A stretch of DNA of 64,000 nt from contig CAWBOC010000010.1 in assembly GCA_963790305.1 (NCBI GenBank), positions 96,001 through 160,000 on the forward strand, in the 5' to 3' direction. The notes beneath the pieces were generated by a model that ran no database searches, was not told the DNA's origin, and was given only the letters and a program-made list of their open reading frames with translations. Numbering within the stretch: position 1 is the stretch's first letter; every line of letters starts with the position of its first letter. Shown piece after piece: positions 10,899 to 21,232 of this stretch. A program made the translations under genes and the position numbers. Source of the DNA: an uncultured Gemmatimonadaceae bacterium. Its GTDB lineage: Bacteria; Gemmatimonadota; Gemmatimonadetes; Gemmatimonadales; Gemmatimonadaceae.

Positions 10899-12152
10899 AT
10901 GAAGTCGCACCTCCCTCACGTCGTCATCCTCGGCGGCGGATTCGGCGGCACGCGCGCCGCACGCGGGCTCCGCACCGCACCCGTGCGCGTCACCCTGATC
11001 GATCGCACGAATCATCACGTCTTCCAGCCGCTGCTGTATCAGGTCGCGACCGCGGGGCTGGCGGGAAGCGACATCGCGTCGCCGATTCGTTGGATGCTGC
11101 GACGCCAGCGCAACGCCACGGTCCTCATGGCCGAGGTGACAGCCGTGGATCCGGAGCGGCGCGTGGTTCGGCTGGACCATGGCGAGGAACTGGCGTATGA
11201 CTACCTCATCGCCGCGACTGGGGCACGCCACTCCTACTTTGGCCACGGAGAATGGGAAGCGCATGCGCCCGGTCTCAAGAGCCTCGAGGACGCGCTGGAG
11301 ATTCGCCGTCGGTTTCTCGTCGCGTTCGAGATGGCGGAGAAGATCGAGGACTCCGAGGAGCGGCGCGCCCTGCTGACGTTCGTGCTCGTCGGAGGCGGTC
11401 CAACCGGCGTCGAGCTCGCCGGCGTCATGCAGGAGATCGCGCGCGCCATGCGCAGCGATTTCCGACGGATCGACACTCGTGGGACGCGCGTCATCCTGCT
11501 CGAGGGCGGGCCGCGCGTTCTTCCATCCTTTCCCGAGTCGCTGTCGGCGCGCGCGCGAGCGGATCTGATCGACCTGGGTGTGGAGGTGCGGACGAATGCG
11601 CTCGTCACTCGCGTCGAGCCCGGAGTCGTGTGGGTCGGGGATGAGCGGATCGCGGCCCGCACGGTCTTCTGGGCCGCCGGCAACGAGGCGTCGCGCGTCG
11701 GCCAGTCGTTAGGCTCGCGTCACGATCGGGCGGGACGCGTCGAGGTCGAGCCCGATCTTTCGGTGTCGGGGCACCCCGAGATCTTCGTCGTCGGCGACCT
11801 GGCCATCGTCACCAAGGACGGTAAGCAGGTCCCCGCCGTCGCCCCCGCGGCCATGCAGATGGGTTCCCTGGCCGCCCGGAACATCCGCCACGATCTTCGC
11901 GGCGACCCACGGGTATCATTTCGATATCGCAACAAGGGCGATCTGGCCACGATCGGCCGCTACAAGGCCATCGCCGATTTCGGAACGTTCCACGTCACGG
12001 GGCGGCTCGCATGGTGGTTCTGGCTGTTCGTTCACATCATGTATCTCGTCGGCTTCCGCAACCGCCTGAGCGTGCTGCTCCAGTGGGCGTACGCGTATTT
12101 CACCTACCAGCGTGGCGTGCGGCTCATCACCCCGGACTCGCGTCTCTGCTGA
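10899..12152 (+). CDS. ndh: Type II NADH dehydrogenase
   Basis: GGGFGG, FQPLLYQVAT, GGGPTGVELAG, WAAG, and C-terminal HIMYLVGFRNR. Confidence 0.9.
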   Translation: MKSHLPHVVILGGGFGGTRAARGLRTAPVRVTLIDRTNHHVFQPLLYQVATAGLAGSDIASPIRWMLRRQRNATVLMAEVTAVDPERRVVRLDHGEELAYDYLIAATGARHSYFGHGEWEAHAPGLKSLEDALEIRRRFLVAFEMAEKIEDSEERRALLTFVLVGGGPTGVELAGVMQEIARAMRSDFRRIDTRGTRVILLEGGPRVLPSFPESLSARARADLIDLGVEVRTNALVTRVEPGVVWVGDERIAARTVFWAAGNEASRVGQSLGSRHDRAGRVEVEPDLSVSGHPEIFVVGDLAIVTKDGKQVPAVAPAAMQMGSLAARNIRHDLRGDPRVSFRYRNKGDLATIGRYKAIADFGTFHVTGRLAWWFWLFVHIMYLVGFRNRLSVLLQWAYAYFTYQRGVRLITPDSRLC

Positions 12153-12487
12153 GAGCGCTGGTAGCCGCCGCGCTCCCCGCGGCGCTGCTCGCCTGCGGCG
12201 ATGCGCCCTCCGGCCCATCGAACACCGGTGTTCCGGTGGCGCGCGTCATCATCGTTCCCGATAGCGTCTCGCTTCCGCGCTCTCAGACGATGCGTATCGA
12301 GGCGCTCCTCGTGGACGCGGCGGGGAATGAGCTGGGCGGTCGTACGATTCTCTGGACCAGCTCCGACACGATGCGTGTGAAGGTGGCGTCGGGTGGAACG
12401 GTCACCGCCGCCGACGTCGGCTGGTCACTCGTGCGGGCGTCGAGCGAGGGGAAGGTGGATAGCGTCAAGGTGATAGTGACCCAATAA
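12149..12487 (+). CDS. Small lipoprotein with one bacterial Ig-like (Big_2) domain
   Basis: Lipobox LLAC, then WTSSDT...VASGGTVTA...G...VRASSEGK typical of Big_2. Start inferred at a CTG overlapping the ndh TGA. Confidence 0.65.
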   Translation: MRALVAAALPAALLACGDAPSGPSNTGVPVARVIIVPDSVSLPRSQTMRIEALLVDAAGNELGGRTILWTSSDTMRVKVASGGTVTAADVGWSLVRASSEGKVDSVKVIVTQ

Positions 12488-12549
12488 GGCGCTGGAAAAG
12501 CGCTGGGGCTAGCGCCAATCCAGCGCTGTCCCAGCGCTATTCCAGCGCT
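12488..12549. repeat. Palindromic GCGCTGG/CCAGCGC repeat cluster (family A variant) between convergent genes
   Basis: Two GCGCTGG units followed by three CCAGCGCT units. Confidence 0.65.
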
Positions 12550-13853
12550 CCTTGTTTCTTCAGCGCTTCTCCCGCGCCTGTGTCTTCCGGCACCTTCACC
12601 GCCAGGAGCGCTGTCGACGCCACGAGCGCGGCGGAAGCGAAAAACGGGATGTACGAGCCTGCCTGTCCCAGGTGCGCATGGCCCAGGTCCCAGACCGTTC
12701 CGGCGAAAAGCGCGTACAACACGCGCGTGATGTTGCCCACCGTCTGCTGCAGCCCCATGTACAGCCCACGCTCGTGATCGCCGACCACCTGCGAGAGCAT
12801 CGCCGTCACGCACGGGAAGAGCAGCGTCGCGCCGAGGGGCAGCAGGGCGGTCGCGATCGCCAGCGTCACGAGCGAGCTCGTGAAGGGCATCACCACGAAG
12901 CCTAACGCGAGCGAGATGATTCCCAGGCGTGTCGTGCGCGCCTCCCCGACGCGATCGATCACCTTCCCGAGCAGGCCAATACGGAACACGACGTTGAGCA
13001 CGCCCAGGTAGGCGAAGAACGGGCCGATCGTCTTCTCCGTGATCCCGTGGCGCTCCATCAGAAAGAACGGCATCACCCCCGACAGCGTGAGCCCGTAGAA
13101 CGCGCCAATCGCGATGGCGTATACCCAGATGAATCGCTTCGCGAAGTCGGGGTTCGGGTGCGTGAGGCTCGCCGCGCCCTGCGCGCCGAGCGTCCACCGC
13201 GTCACCAGCGTGACGGGCCAGACGGGAGCGATGCGCCACACCCCTTTGACCGTGGCCCACTGCTCCCGGCGCGCCTTCGCCTTTGCCGCCGCGCCGTGCG
13301 ATTCGCCGAGGAAACGCGACGCGAAGGCGATGTTCAGGAGACAGACCGCGGCCGCGATCAGTCCCGGCGCGTGGCGTCCCCATGTCGATGCCGCGGAGCC
13401 GATGAGCGGGCCGATCATGACGCCGACGTTGGTCGCGGCGGACAACCATCCCAGCCCCTTCGCGCGATTCTTCGGCTCGACGACGTCCGACACGTATGCC
13501 TGGATGACGCCAACCGTTCCGCCGCCAGCGCCCTGAATAATGCGCGAAACGAACAGCAGCCACAGCGAGTCCGCGAAGGCGAACACGACGTAGGCGACGG
13601 CGGATGCGGAAAGGCCGATGATGAGCGCCGGCTTGCGTCCATAGCGATCGGAGACGCGTCCCCAAAGCGGGGCACTGATGAGCTGGGCGATGAGGAACGA
13701 CGATCCCAGCCATGCCATCACGAAGCCGGTCGCGCCGAGGTCCTTCGCGTAGAAGGGCAGCAGCGGCAACAGCATCAGTACGCCCACCATGTCCATGAAC
13801 GCCGTCAACATCAGGACGGCGAGGCCGGCGGGAATGGCGGACGGACGCTTCAA
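12537..13853 (-). CDS. MFS transporter (DHA1/TetA-like)
   Basis: Motif A WGRVSDRYGRKP; about 12 TM segments. Confidence 0.9.
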   Translation of the reverse strand: MKRPSAIPAGLAVLMLTAFMDMVGVLMLLPLLPFYAKDLGATGFVMAWLGSSFLIAQLISAPLWGRVSDRYGRKPALIIGLSASAVAYVVFAFADSLWLLFVSRIIQGAGGGTVGVIQAYVSDVVEPKNRAKGLGWLSAATNVGVMIGPLIGSAASTWGRHAPGLIAAAVCLLNIAFASRFLGESHGAAAKAKARREQWATVKGVWRIAPVWPVTLVTRWTLGAQGAASLTHPNPDFAKRFIWVYAIAIGAFYGLTLSGVMPFFLMERHGITEKTIGPFFAYLGVLNVVFRIGLLGKVIDRVGEARTTRLGIISLALGFVVMPFTSSLVTLAIATALLPLGATLLFPCVTAMLSQVVGDHERGLYMGLQQTVGNITRVLYALFAGTVWDLGHAHLGQAGSYIPFFASAALVASTALLAVKVPEDTGAGEALKKQGALE

Positions 13854-13860
13854 AAGGGCA

Positions 13861-13978
13861 AGGCGCTAAAAGGCGCAAAGGCGCGAAAGGCGCGAAAGGC
13901 GCTGACGGCGTAACGTGGCTCACGCATCAACATCATGGATGAATTGCCTCTAGCGCCTCTAGCGCCTCAAGCGCCTCA
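13861..13978. repeat. 9-mer tandem/inverted repeat element (family A)
   Basis: AGGCGCNAA-type tandem units (13861-13910) facing GCCTCTAGC units (13946-13978). Confidence 0.75.
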
Positions 13979-14863
13979 GTCTTCCGTCTTGCCCAGCGCC
14001 GCCGGCGGGGTCGACCGCGCCACGAAACCACCCACCGCGACAATGGTGAGAACATAGGGGATCATCTGTACGAACTGGCTTGGGATCCCCTGCATGCCCT
14101 GAAGCTGAATCTGCAACGTCTCCGCGGCGGCGAAGAGCAGGCATGCGAGGCCGGCGCGCACCGGCTCCCATCGCCCGAAGATGATCGCCGCCAGCGCAAT
14201 GAACCCGCGTCCAGCGGTCATCGAATCGGTGAACTGGTGCTGGTCGAGCGCCAGATACACGCCGCCGAGCCCCGCGAGAATTCCCGAGAGGGCGACCGCG
14301 AGATAGCGGACCCGTCGGACGGGAACGCCTAACGTCTCGGCCGCGGCGGGATGCTCGCCGACCGCGCGCACGCGCAGGCCGAACGGCGTGTAGTGCACCA
14401 GCCACGCGACGGCGGGAATCGCCATCAGGCCGAGCCACACCAGCGGGTTCCGCAACAGCGCTCCCGTCAAGCTCACCGCATCCCCGGTGATGCCGAAGCC
14501 TGGCACGCGTGGCGAGTTCGACGAGCTGTCGAACGCCATGAGCAGGAAGAACCGCGTGAGGCCGACGGCGAGCAGGTTGATCGCGATGCCCGTGACGATC
14601 TGGTCGGCGCGATACCGGATCGAGGCGACCGCGTGGATCAATCCGAACAGCAACCCCCCGCCGACGCCACACAGCACGCCGATCCACGGGCTGCCGCTGT
14701 AGAAGCTGCCGAGAGTGGCGGCGAACGCGCCCGTCAACATGAATCCCTCGAGCGTGAGGCTCACCACGCCCGCACGCTCGGCCACAACCCCCCCTGAGGC
14801 CGCGAACAGGTAGGGGATCGCGATGCGGATCGTCTGGGCAATGAAGGCGGCGATCTCGCTCAT
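13976..14863 (-). CDS. Nucleoside/simple-sugar ABC transporter permease II
   Basis: ERAGVVSLTLEGFML, GLRVRAVGEHP, GRGFIALAAIIFGRW. True start MSEIAAF at 14863 (ATGA overlap). Confidence 0.9.
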   Translation of the reverse strand: MSEIAAFIAQTIRIAIPYLFAASGGVVAERAGVVSLTLEGFMLTGAFAATLGSFYSGSPWIGVLCGVGGGLLFGLIHAVASIRYRADQIVTGIAINLLAVGLTRFFLLMAFDSSSNSPRVPGFGITGDAVSLTGALLRNPLVWLGLMAIPAVAWLVHYTPFGLRVRAVGEHPAAAETLGVPVRRVRYLAVALSGILAGLGGVYLALDQHQFTDSMTAGRGFIALAAIIFGRWEPVRAGLACLLFAAAETLQIQLQGMQGIPSQFVQMIPYVLTIVAVGGFVARSTPPAALGKTED

Positions 14864-15927
14864 TCGGCGACTCCGCCTCTCGCGCCGCGCACCAGCCGCC
14901 GAACCTCCGGCACCGCCGCGGCCACCGCGAGGATGACCACGCCCTGAAGCACCTCGACCATCTGCTTCGGCACCAGCGCGTGAATCGCCAGCCCACCCTG
15001 CGACAGGGTTGCGAAGAGGAAGGCGGCGATGATGACGCCTAACGGGTGGTTCCGGCCGACCAGGGCGACCGCGATCCCGAGAAAACCGGCTCCGGCGCCG
15101 AATCCTTCCTCGTAGTAGTGCTTGTAGCCGAGGACGTAGTTGATGCCGCCGAGTCCGGCCAACGCCCCGGAGATGACGAACGCCTTGATCCAGACGGTGC
15201 CGACCCGCACGCCTCCATATTCGGCCGCGTCCGGCTGAAGACCGACCGCGCGCAGCTCGTAACCGGCGCGGGTGCGGAAGAGCATCCAGCCCACGACGGC
15301 CGCCGCGACGATCGCGATGAACAGTGAGACGTTGACGGCCGATCCGTGGAACGGCGACACCCAGTCCATCAGCCGCGCCACGGTCCCCGCACGCATATCG
15401 GGCGTGTGCAGCGTTTCCGGAACGTGAAGGTGGGACGCCACGATCCAGTTGAGCAACGCCAGCACGATGAAGTTCAGCATGATCGTGACGATCACTTCGT
15501 GCGCGCCGAAGCGTGCCTTCATCACGCCGGGAATCGCGCCGACGAGCCCGCCGGCCGCGAGGGCCGCCGCAATGCACAGCGGGATCGCCAACACCCCCGG
15601 TGTGCCAGCGGGCAGCACGAGGCCCATGACTGCGGCGGCGAATCCACCCGCCGCGAGCTGCCCTTCGCCGCCAATGTTGAACAGCCCCGCGCGGAGGGCA
15701 ACCGAGACCGCGAGGCCCGTGCAGATGAGCGTCGTTGCCTTGTAGAGCACCTGGCCGAAACCGTACCAGTTTCCCCAGGTGCCGCTGAGCATCAGGCGAA
15801 ACACCGCGCTTGGCGACTGCCCAACGAGGATGATGAGAATGTCCCCGACCACCAGCGCCACGAGCAGTGCCACGAGTGGCGGCAGCAGGGCTTCCTCCAC
15901 GCGCCGGCGCGCGACGGTCGTCGTCAC
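14860..15927 (-). CDS. Nucleoside/simple-sugar ABC transporter permease I
   Basis: GLFNIGGEGQ, HEVIVTIMLN and GFLGIAVALVGRNHP motifs. Confidence 0.9.
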   Translation of the reverse strand: MTTTVARRRVEEALLPPLVALLVALVVGDILIILVGQSPSAVFRLMLSGTWGNWYGFGQVLYKATTLICTGLAVSVALRAGLFNIGGEGQLAAGGFAAAVMGLVLPAGTPGVLAIPLCIAAALAAGGLVGAIPGVMKARFGAHEVIVTIMLNFIVLALLNWIVASHLHVPETLHTPDMRAGTVARLMDWVSPFHGSAVNVSLFIAIVAAAVVGWMLFRTRAGYELRAVGLQPDAAEYGGVRVGTVWIKAFVISGALAGLGGINYVLGYKHYYEEGFGAGAGFLGIAVALVGRNHPLGVIIAAFLFATLSQGGLAIHALVPKQMVEVLQGVVILAVAAAVPEVRRLVRGARGGVAE

Positions 15928-17513
15928 GCGGCGGGTCTCGTCGTGTCGGTCGCGCCCGTCATCAGGGGACCGAGCCGTTCCTCCGTTGCTTCGCGCCGCG
16001 GGAGCGTGGCCACGATGCGGCCGCCGTACATGACGGCCACACGATCGGCGAGCGCGAGAATCTCGGAGAGCTCCGCCGAAACGAGAAGAATGGCCTTGCC
16101 TGCCTCACGAGCGGCTCGAATCTGGGCGTGGATGAACTCGATCGCGCCGACATCCACTCCGCGGGTAGGCTGCGATGCGAGAAGAACCGCGTAGGCGCCG
16201 CCCATTTCGCGCGCAATGACGATCTTCTGCTGATTGCCGCCCGACAGTGAGCGGGCCGGGAGCACCCCGTCGGGTGGGCGGATGTCGAAACGCCGGATCT
16301 CGTCCTGGGCGTTGGCGCCGATGCGCGCGTCGTCGAGGGTCCATGCGTTCCGCACACCGCGCGCGTACTTGTGCTGATCCCCCAGGATGAGATTGTCGGC
16401 CACGGAGTAGTCGAGCACGAGCCCCCGGCGATGCCGGTCTTCGGGGATGTGGGCGAGGCCGGACTCCGTGCGCTCGCGGACCGAAGCGTTCGTGACATCC
16501 CGCTCCCCGAGCTTGATCGTTCCCTCGCCGACGGCGCGCAGGCCCGCGATCGCTTCGATGAGCTCGGTCTGTCCGTTTCCCTCGACGCCCGCGATGCCGA
16601 GGATTTCCCCCGGGGCGACGGTGAGCGAAACGCCGTCGACGGCGCGGAGGCCGCGGTTCATCACGACCAGGTTGCTCACGAGCAAGGAAGATTGCGGATT
16701 GCGCGCGTGCCCTTGGGGCAGGGCGGACTCAGGTGACGACAGCTCATCATCCGCAATCCGCAATCGCACGTCGCGTCCAACCATCGCGCGCGCGATGCTG
16801 TCCGGTGTCGCCTCGCTCGTCTGCATCCGCGCCACCGTCTCACCGTGACGCATGACGGTGATGCGGTCGGAGATGTCCATGACCTCGTCGAGCTTGTGCG
16901 TGATGAGCACGATCGTCGCCCCATCGTCGCGCAACCGGCGCAGAACGCCCCACAGCTCCTTCACCTCGAGCGGCGACAGGACGGCCGTCGGCTCGTCGAG
17001 GATGAGAATGCGCGCCCCACGGAACAGCGTCTTGAGAATCTCGACGCGCTGCGCTTCCCCCACTGAGAGCTCGCCGACGAGACGCTCCGGTTCGACGCGC
17101 AGTCCATACTGCTCGCCGATCCGCCGCACGTCGCTGAGCGCCCGTGCGACGTCGAGCATCGCACCGCGCACCGGCTCACGGCCCAGGACCACGTTCTCGG
17201 CGACCGTGAGCGTTCGGACGAGCATGAAATGCTGGTGGACCATTCCGACGCCGGCCTTGATGGCGTCGGCGGTGGACCAGCCAGTGACGTCGCGCAGCTC
17301 ACCGTTCGGCGCCGCGATCTCGATCGTGCCGGCGTCGGGGGCGTACAGGCCCGCGAGCAGACGCATGAGCGTCGACTTCCCCGCGCCGTTCTCGCCGACG
17401 AGTGCGTGGATCTCCCGGCTGCCGACTTCCAGGCTGGCACCGCGATTGGCGTGAACGGGACCGAAGGACTTGTGGATGCCGCTCAAGCGAACGGCGAGCG
17501 CGGGTCCCGTCAT
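15924..17513 (-). CDS. Nucleoside/sugar ABC transporter ATP-binding protein (two ABC domains)
   Basis: GENGAGKST, GMVHQHF, LSGGNQQK, QPTRGVD. Start MTGPAL at 17513. Confidence 0.9.
   Translation of the reverse strand: MTGPALAVRLSGIHKSFGPVHANRGASLEVGSREIHALVGENGAGKSTLMRLLAGLYAPDAGTIEIAAPNGELRDVTGWSTADAIKAGVGMVHQHFMLVRTLTVAENVVLGREPVRGAMLDVARALSDVRRIGEQYGLRVEPERLVGELSVGEAQRVEILKTLFRGARILILDEPTAVLSPLEVKELWGVLRRLRDDGATIVLITHKLDEVMDISDRITVMRHGETVARMQTSEATPDSIARAMVGRDVRLRIADDELSSPESALPQGHARNPQSSLLVSNLVVMNRGLRAVDGVSLTVAPGEILGIAGVEGNGQTELIEAIAGLRAVGEGTIKLGERDVTNASVRERTESGLAHIPEDRHRRGLVLDYSVADNLILGDQHKYARGVRNAWTLDDARIGANAQDEIRRFDIRPPDGVLPARSLSGGNQQKIVIAREMGGAYAVLLASQPTRGVDVGAIEFIHAQIRAAREAGKAILLVSAELSEILALADRVAVMYGGRIVATLPRREATEERLGPLMTGATDTTRPAA
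16690..16765. repeat. Family B palindromic heptamer element inside the ABC ATPase linker
   Basis: 14-bp perfect inverted repeat GATTGCGGATTGCG / CGCAATCCGCAATC. Confidence 0.75.
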
Positions 17514-18547
17514 CGCGTGCTCGGCACCTGGATGCGACCGGCGATGATCTCCGCCTTGATCTGTTCGACCCGCGCAATCACGTCCGCCGGAATGAGAGCG
17601 CGGTTGTTGTCGTCGTAGATGTAGCCGACGCCACCCTCCTTCAGCCCGTACGAATAGATGCCCCCCTGAAACGTTCCCTCGCGGGCCCGGCGAATGGCGT
17701 CGAAGGTCACCGCGTCGACTCCCTTGACCATCGACGTCATGATGTGCCCTGGCGCTTCGCTGTACTGATCGGCATCGACGCCGATGGCGTACTTGCCTGT
17801 CTGCCGCGCCGCCTCGAACACACCGAGTCCCGTCGAGCCCGAGGCATGGAAGATCACGTTGACACCCGACTGGTACTGGCTGAGCGCGAGCTCCTTCCCT
17901 TTGCCGGGATTGCGGAAGGCCTCCGGCGTCACCCCGGCGTACTGGGCGATCACCGTGCAATCGGGGCAGACGTGCCTAACGCCGGCACGAAACCCGGCCT
18001 CGAACTTGTGGATGAGCGGGATATCCATGCCGCCCACGAAGCCCACGCGCTTCGATCCGCCGGCGAGCACCGCGATCGCGCCGACGAGGAACGAGCCTTC
18101 CTCCTCGCGGAACTTGAGCGCCGCGAGATTCGATGGCGGCTGAACGACAGTGCCCTGCTCGTTGACGGTCACCGCGTAGTCGACTCCGGCGAACTTGACG
18201 GCCGGATACTCGACGGCGAGATCGGTGAGATCATCGGTGAAAATGAAGCCGACGCCGATGACGAGGTCCATCCCCTGCGCGGCGAGCAATCGCAAGCCCG
18301 CCTCCCGATCGCTCCCCTCACCCGGCTCGATGAAGCGGATGTCGGCGCCCAGAACGGCCTTCGCGGAGTCCGCTCCCTTGTAGGCGCCGTCGTTGAACGA
18401 CTTGTCACCCCGTCCGCCGACGTCGAACACGACCCCCACGACGACGGCGGCCGAGTCCGACTCGGCAACCGCGCCGCGCGGCTGCACGAAGAGCAATGCA
18501 ACGTGGGCGACGAGCAATACCGCGATCAGGATGAGAAGACGGCGCAT
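17510..18547 (-). CDS. BMP/PnrA family ABC substrate-binding protein
   Basis: GGRGDKSFND, FREEEGSFLVG, AIGVDADQ. Confidence 0.9.
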   Translation of the reverse strand: MRRLLILIAVLLVAHVALLFVQPRGAVAESDSAAVVVGVVFDVGGRGDKSFNDGAYKGADSAKAVLGADIRFIEPGEGSDREAGLRLLAAQGMDLVIGVGFIFTDDLTDLAVEYPAVKFAGVDYAVTVNEQGTVVQPPSNLAALKFREEEGSFLVGAIAVLAGGSKRVGFVGGMDIPLIHKFEAGFRAGVRHVCPDCTVIAQYAGVTPEAFRNPGKGKELALSQYQSGVNVIFHASGSTGLGVFEAARQTGKYAIGVDADQYSEAPGHIMTSMVKGVDAVTFDAIRRAREGTFQGGIYSYGLKEGGVGYIYDDNNRALIPADVIARVEQIKAEIIAGRIQVPSTR

Positions 18548-18657
18548 GGGTCGCTACGTGAAAGTGGGGCGCGGGCGGTCCAGAATCTGATCGACAGACG
18601 AGGGGGGAGGGAAGAGCGCCGTTCGCGCGACCCGACTCTTGCTATCTTGTCTCCCCC

Positions 18658-20187
18658 ATGCCTGAGCGCCTGCGCACTCGTTTTCTCGTTGTCGGGAGCG
18701 GCATCGCCGGCCTCCACACCGCCTGGCGCGCCGCCGAGGACGGCAACGTGGTTCTCCTCACCAAGCGGTCGCTCTTCGACAGCGCCACCGCCTACGCGCA
18801 AGGAGGCATCGCCGCGGCGCTCGGCGCCGGGGATTCCCCGGCGCTCCACCGCCGTGATACGCTCGCGGCGGGAGCAGCGCTCTGCGACCGGGAAGCGGTG
18901 GAAGTGCTTGTCGAGGAAGGGCCGGCCCGCGTGCAGGAGCTCTTCGCGGCCGGGGCCCGGTTCGACCTTGCACCGGGCGGGCGCTTCAAGCTCGGCCGCG
19001 AAGCGGCCCATTCCCGGAACCGGATCGTACATGCACACGGCGATCAAACGGGGGCCGAGGTCGCGCGCACGCTCATTGAGCGCGTGCGTGAGAGCGAGCA
19101 TGTCGACGTGATCGAGGCCGCGCGCGTTCTCGACCTCATTGTGCGTGATGGAGAATGCCTCGGGGTCCGTGCCAGCGTGTCAGGGCGCCCGGTCGAGATC
19201 ATCGCCGACGCCACGGTGCTCGCGACCGGTGGATGCGGACAGGTCTATCGCTACACGACGAACCCGGTGGTCGCGACGGGCGACGGGTATGCGATCGCAT
19301 GGCGCGCGGGCGTCCGCCTCGTCGACATGGAGTTCGTGCAGTTCCACCCGACGGCGCTCGATACGCCGGAGAATCCGCTCGCACTCATCTCGGAGGCGGT
19401 GCGCGGGGAGGGCGCGGTGCTTCGCAACGATCGTGGTGAGCGATTCATGAAGAAGCGGCACCGCCTCGCCGACCTCGCGCCACGTGACATCGTCGCGCGC
19501 GAGATCTTCCGCGAACAGCGACCGGCGCGCGCGCGCGGGAAGCCGCGCCGCGTCGTCCTCGACGCGACAGAGCTCGGCGAATCATTCATGCATCGCTTTC
19601 CTGGAATCTTTGCCCTCTGTGAGGCTCGCGGGATCGATCCGCGTCGCGATCTGATCCCGGTCACGCCGGCAGCGCACTACATGATGGGCGGCATCGTCAC
19701 CGACCTTGCCGGACGCACGAGCATGAAGCGCCTGTACGCGTGCGGCGAAGTCTCGAGCACGGGGGTGCATGGCGCGAACCGGCTTGCGTCGAACTCACTT
19801 CTCGAGGGATTGGTGTTCGCCGAGCGAGTGGCACGGGACGTTCAGCGCGCTGAGCGGGTGCAACGAATTCCGCGTGCGGGCTCGTGGGAGGTTCCGCCGC
19901 TCGTTGACCGGGGGGCGGCGCAGGTAGCTTCCGATGACGTCCGCAGGACGATGTGGCAGCACGCGGCGATCGATCGCTCTGCGCGGGGCCTCCGTACCTG
20001 TCTCGAGGATCTGGCGTCCATCGAATCGCGCCTTCCTCAAGGGGCGACGGAGGAGCTCAACCTGGTTCAGTCGGCGCGGCTCATCGCCCAGGCGGCGCTG
20101 ATGCGCGAGGAATCCCGGGGTGGGCACTTTCGGTCGGATTTTCCGAAGGCGAAGCGGTCGTGGGCGGGAAAGCACATCTTGTGGTGA
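18658..20187 (+). CDS. nadB: L-aspartate oxidase
   Basis: GSGIAGL, AQGGIAA, EAAHS, EFVQFHPT, GVHGANRLASNSLLEG; clustered with nadA and nadC. Confidence 0.95.
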   Translation: MPERLRTRFLVVGSGIAGLHTAWRAAEDGNVVLLTKRSLFDSATAYAQGGIAAALGAGDSPALHRRDTLAAGAALCDREAVEVLVEEGPARVQELFAAGARFDLAPGGRFKLGREAAHSRNRIVHAHGDQTGAEVARTLIERVRESEHVDVIEAARVLDLIVRDGECLGVRASVSGRPVEIIADATVLATGGCGQVYRYTTNPVVATGDGYAIAWRAGVRLVDMEFVQFHPTALDTPENPLALISEAVRGEGAVLRNDRGERFMKKRHRLADLAPRDIVAREIFREQRPARARGKPRRVVLDATELGESFMHRFPGIFALCEARGIDPRRDLIPVTPAAHYMMGGIVTDLAGRTSMKRLYACGEVSSTGVHGANRLASNSLLEGLVFAERVARDVQRAERVQRIPRAGSWEVPPLVDRGAAQVASDDVRRTMWQHAAIDRSARGLRTCLEDLASIESRLPQGATEELNLVQSARLIAQAALMREESRGGHFRSDFPKAKRSWAGKHILW

Positions 20188-20238
20188 AGAGCGCCTACTC
20201 TCCTTGCCCCAACGTCTCGGCCCGCATACGCTCCTCCC

Positions 20239-21231
20239 ATGAGCCACGATCTACCGGCCGAGATCCGCTCGCTCGCCAGGGAGCGCAACGCGGTCATCCT
20301 TGCGCACAACTATGAGCGCCCCGAGGTGCAGGACGTCGCCGACTTTGTCGGCGACTCGCTCGGACTCTCGCGCGAGGCAGCCCGCACCTCGGCCGAGGTC
20401 ATCGTCTTCTGCGGTGTCCACTTCATGGCGGAGACGGCGGCCATCCTCTCCCCCGAGAAGGTCGTGCTGTTGCCCGATCTCGCCGCGGGATGCTCGCTCG
20501 CCTCGACCATTGACGGCGAGCAGCTGCGTGCGTGGAAAGACGAGCATCCGGGCGCGGTGGTCGTGTCGTACGTCAACACGACCGCCGAGGTGAAAGCGGA
20601 ATCCGACTATTGCTGCACGTCGGGAAACGCGGTCGAGGTCGTGAACTCGATTCCCGCCGACCGCGAGATCCTTTTCCTCCCCGATCTGTTCCTCGGCGCT
20701 CATGTGCGGCGCGTCACCGGTCGCGAGAACATGCACGTGTGGCTCGGGGAATGTCACGTGCACGCCGGCATCAGTCCGGAGAACATCGCATTACAGCGAA
20801 CGATGCACCCCGAGGCCGAGTTTCTCGTCCACCCCGAGTGCGGATGCTCCACCAGCGTGCTCGAGGCGATGTCGGCCGGCGACGTCGACGCCAACGGTGT
20901 CCACATTCTGTCGACGGAAGGGATGATTCGGCGGCCGGCGGTTTCGCCGGCGCCGGAATTCATCGTCGCCACCGAGGTCGGCATCCTGCACCGTCTACGC
21001 AAGGAGAATCCCGAGAAGCGCTTTTTCGCCGCGAACGATCGCGCGAGCTGCGCCTACATGAAAGTGACGACGCTGCCGAAGGTGCTCGAGTCGCTGGAGA
21101 CGCTCACTCACCACATCACCGTTCCCGCGGACGTCGCGGCGCGCGCATACCGGGCCATCGAGCGCATGATCTCGATCGGCGGCCCGGCCCCGGCGCCCCT
21201 GCTGCCCGGCGAGGACGATCCGGGCGAATGA
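20239..21231 (+). CDS. nadA: Quinolinate synthase
   Basis: [38 protein letters not shown]. Confidence 0.95.
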   Translation: MSHDLPAEIRSLARERNAVILAHNYERPEVQDVADFVGDSLGLSREAARTSAEVIVFCGVHFMAETAAILSPEKVVLLPDLAAGCSLASTIDGEQLRAWKDEHPGAVVVSYVNTTAEVKAESDYCCTSGNAVEVVNSIPADREILFLPDLFLGAHVRRVTGRENMHVWLGECHVHAGISPENIALQRTMHPEAEFLVHPECGCSTSVLEAMSAGDVDANGVHILSTEGMIRRPAVSPAPEFIVATEVGILHRLRKENPEKRFFAANDRASCAYMKVTTLPKVLESLETLTHHITVPADVAARAYRAIERMISIGGPAPAPLLPGEDDPGE

Positions 21232-21232
21232 C

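Noticed and set aside
12537..13853. tetA resistance call for the two MFS genes (also 52927-54135)
   Set aside because: Only generic DHA1 motifs; no tetR or mobile context; substrate cannot be inferred.
15924..17960. Extended N-termini in the ORF track (e.g. 17960, 15577, 21739, 2952, 28732, 46373, 51829)
   Set aside because: They run through neighbouring genes or repeats; downstream starts coupled to stops or preceding signal peptides fit better.
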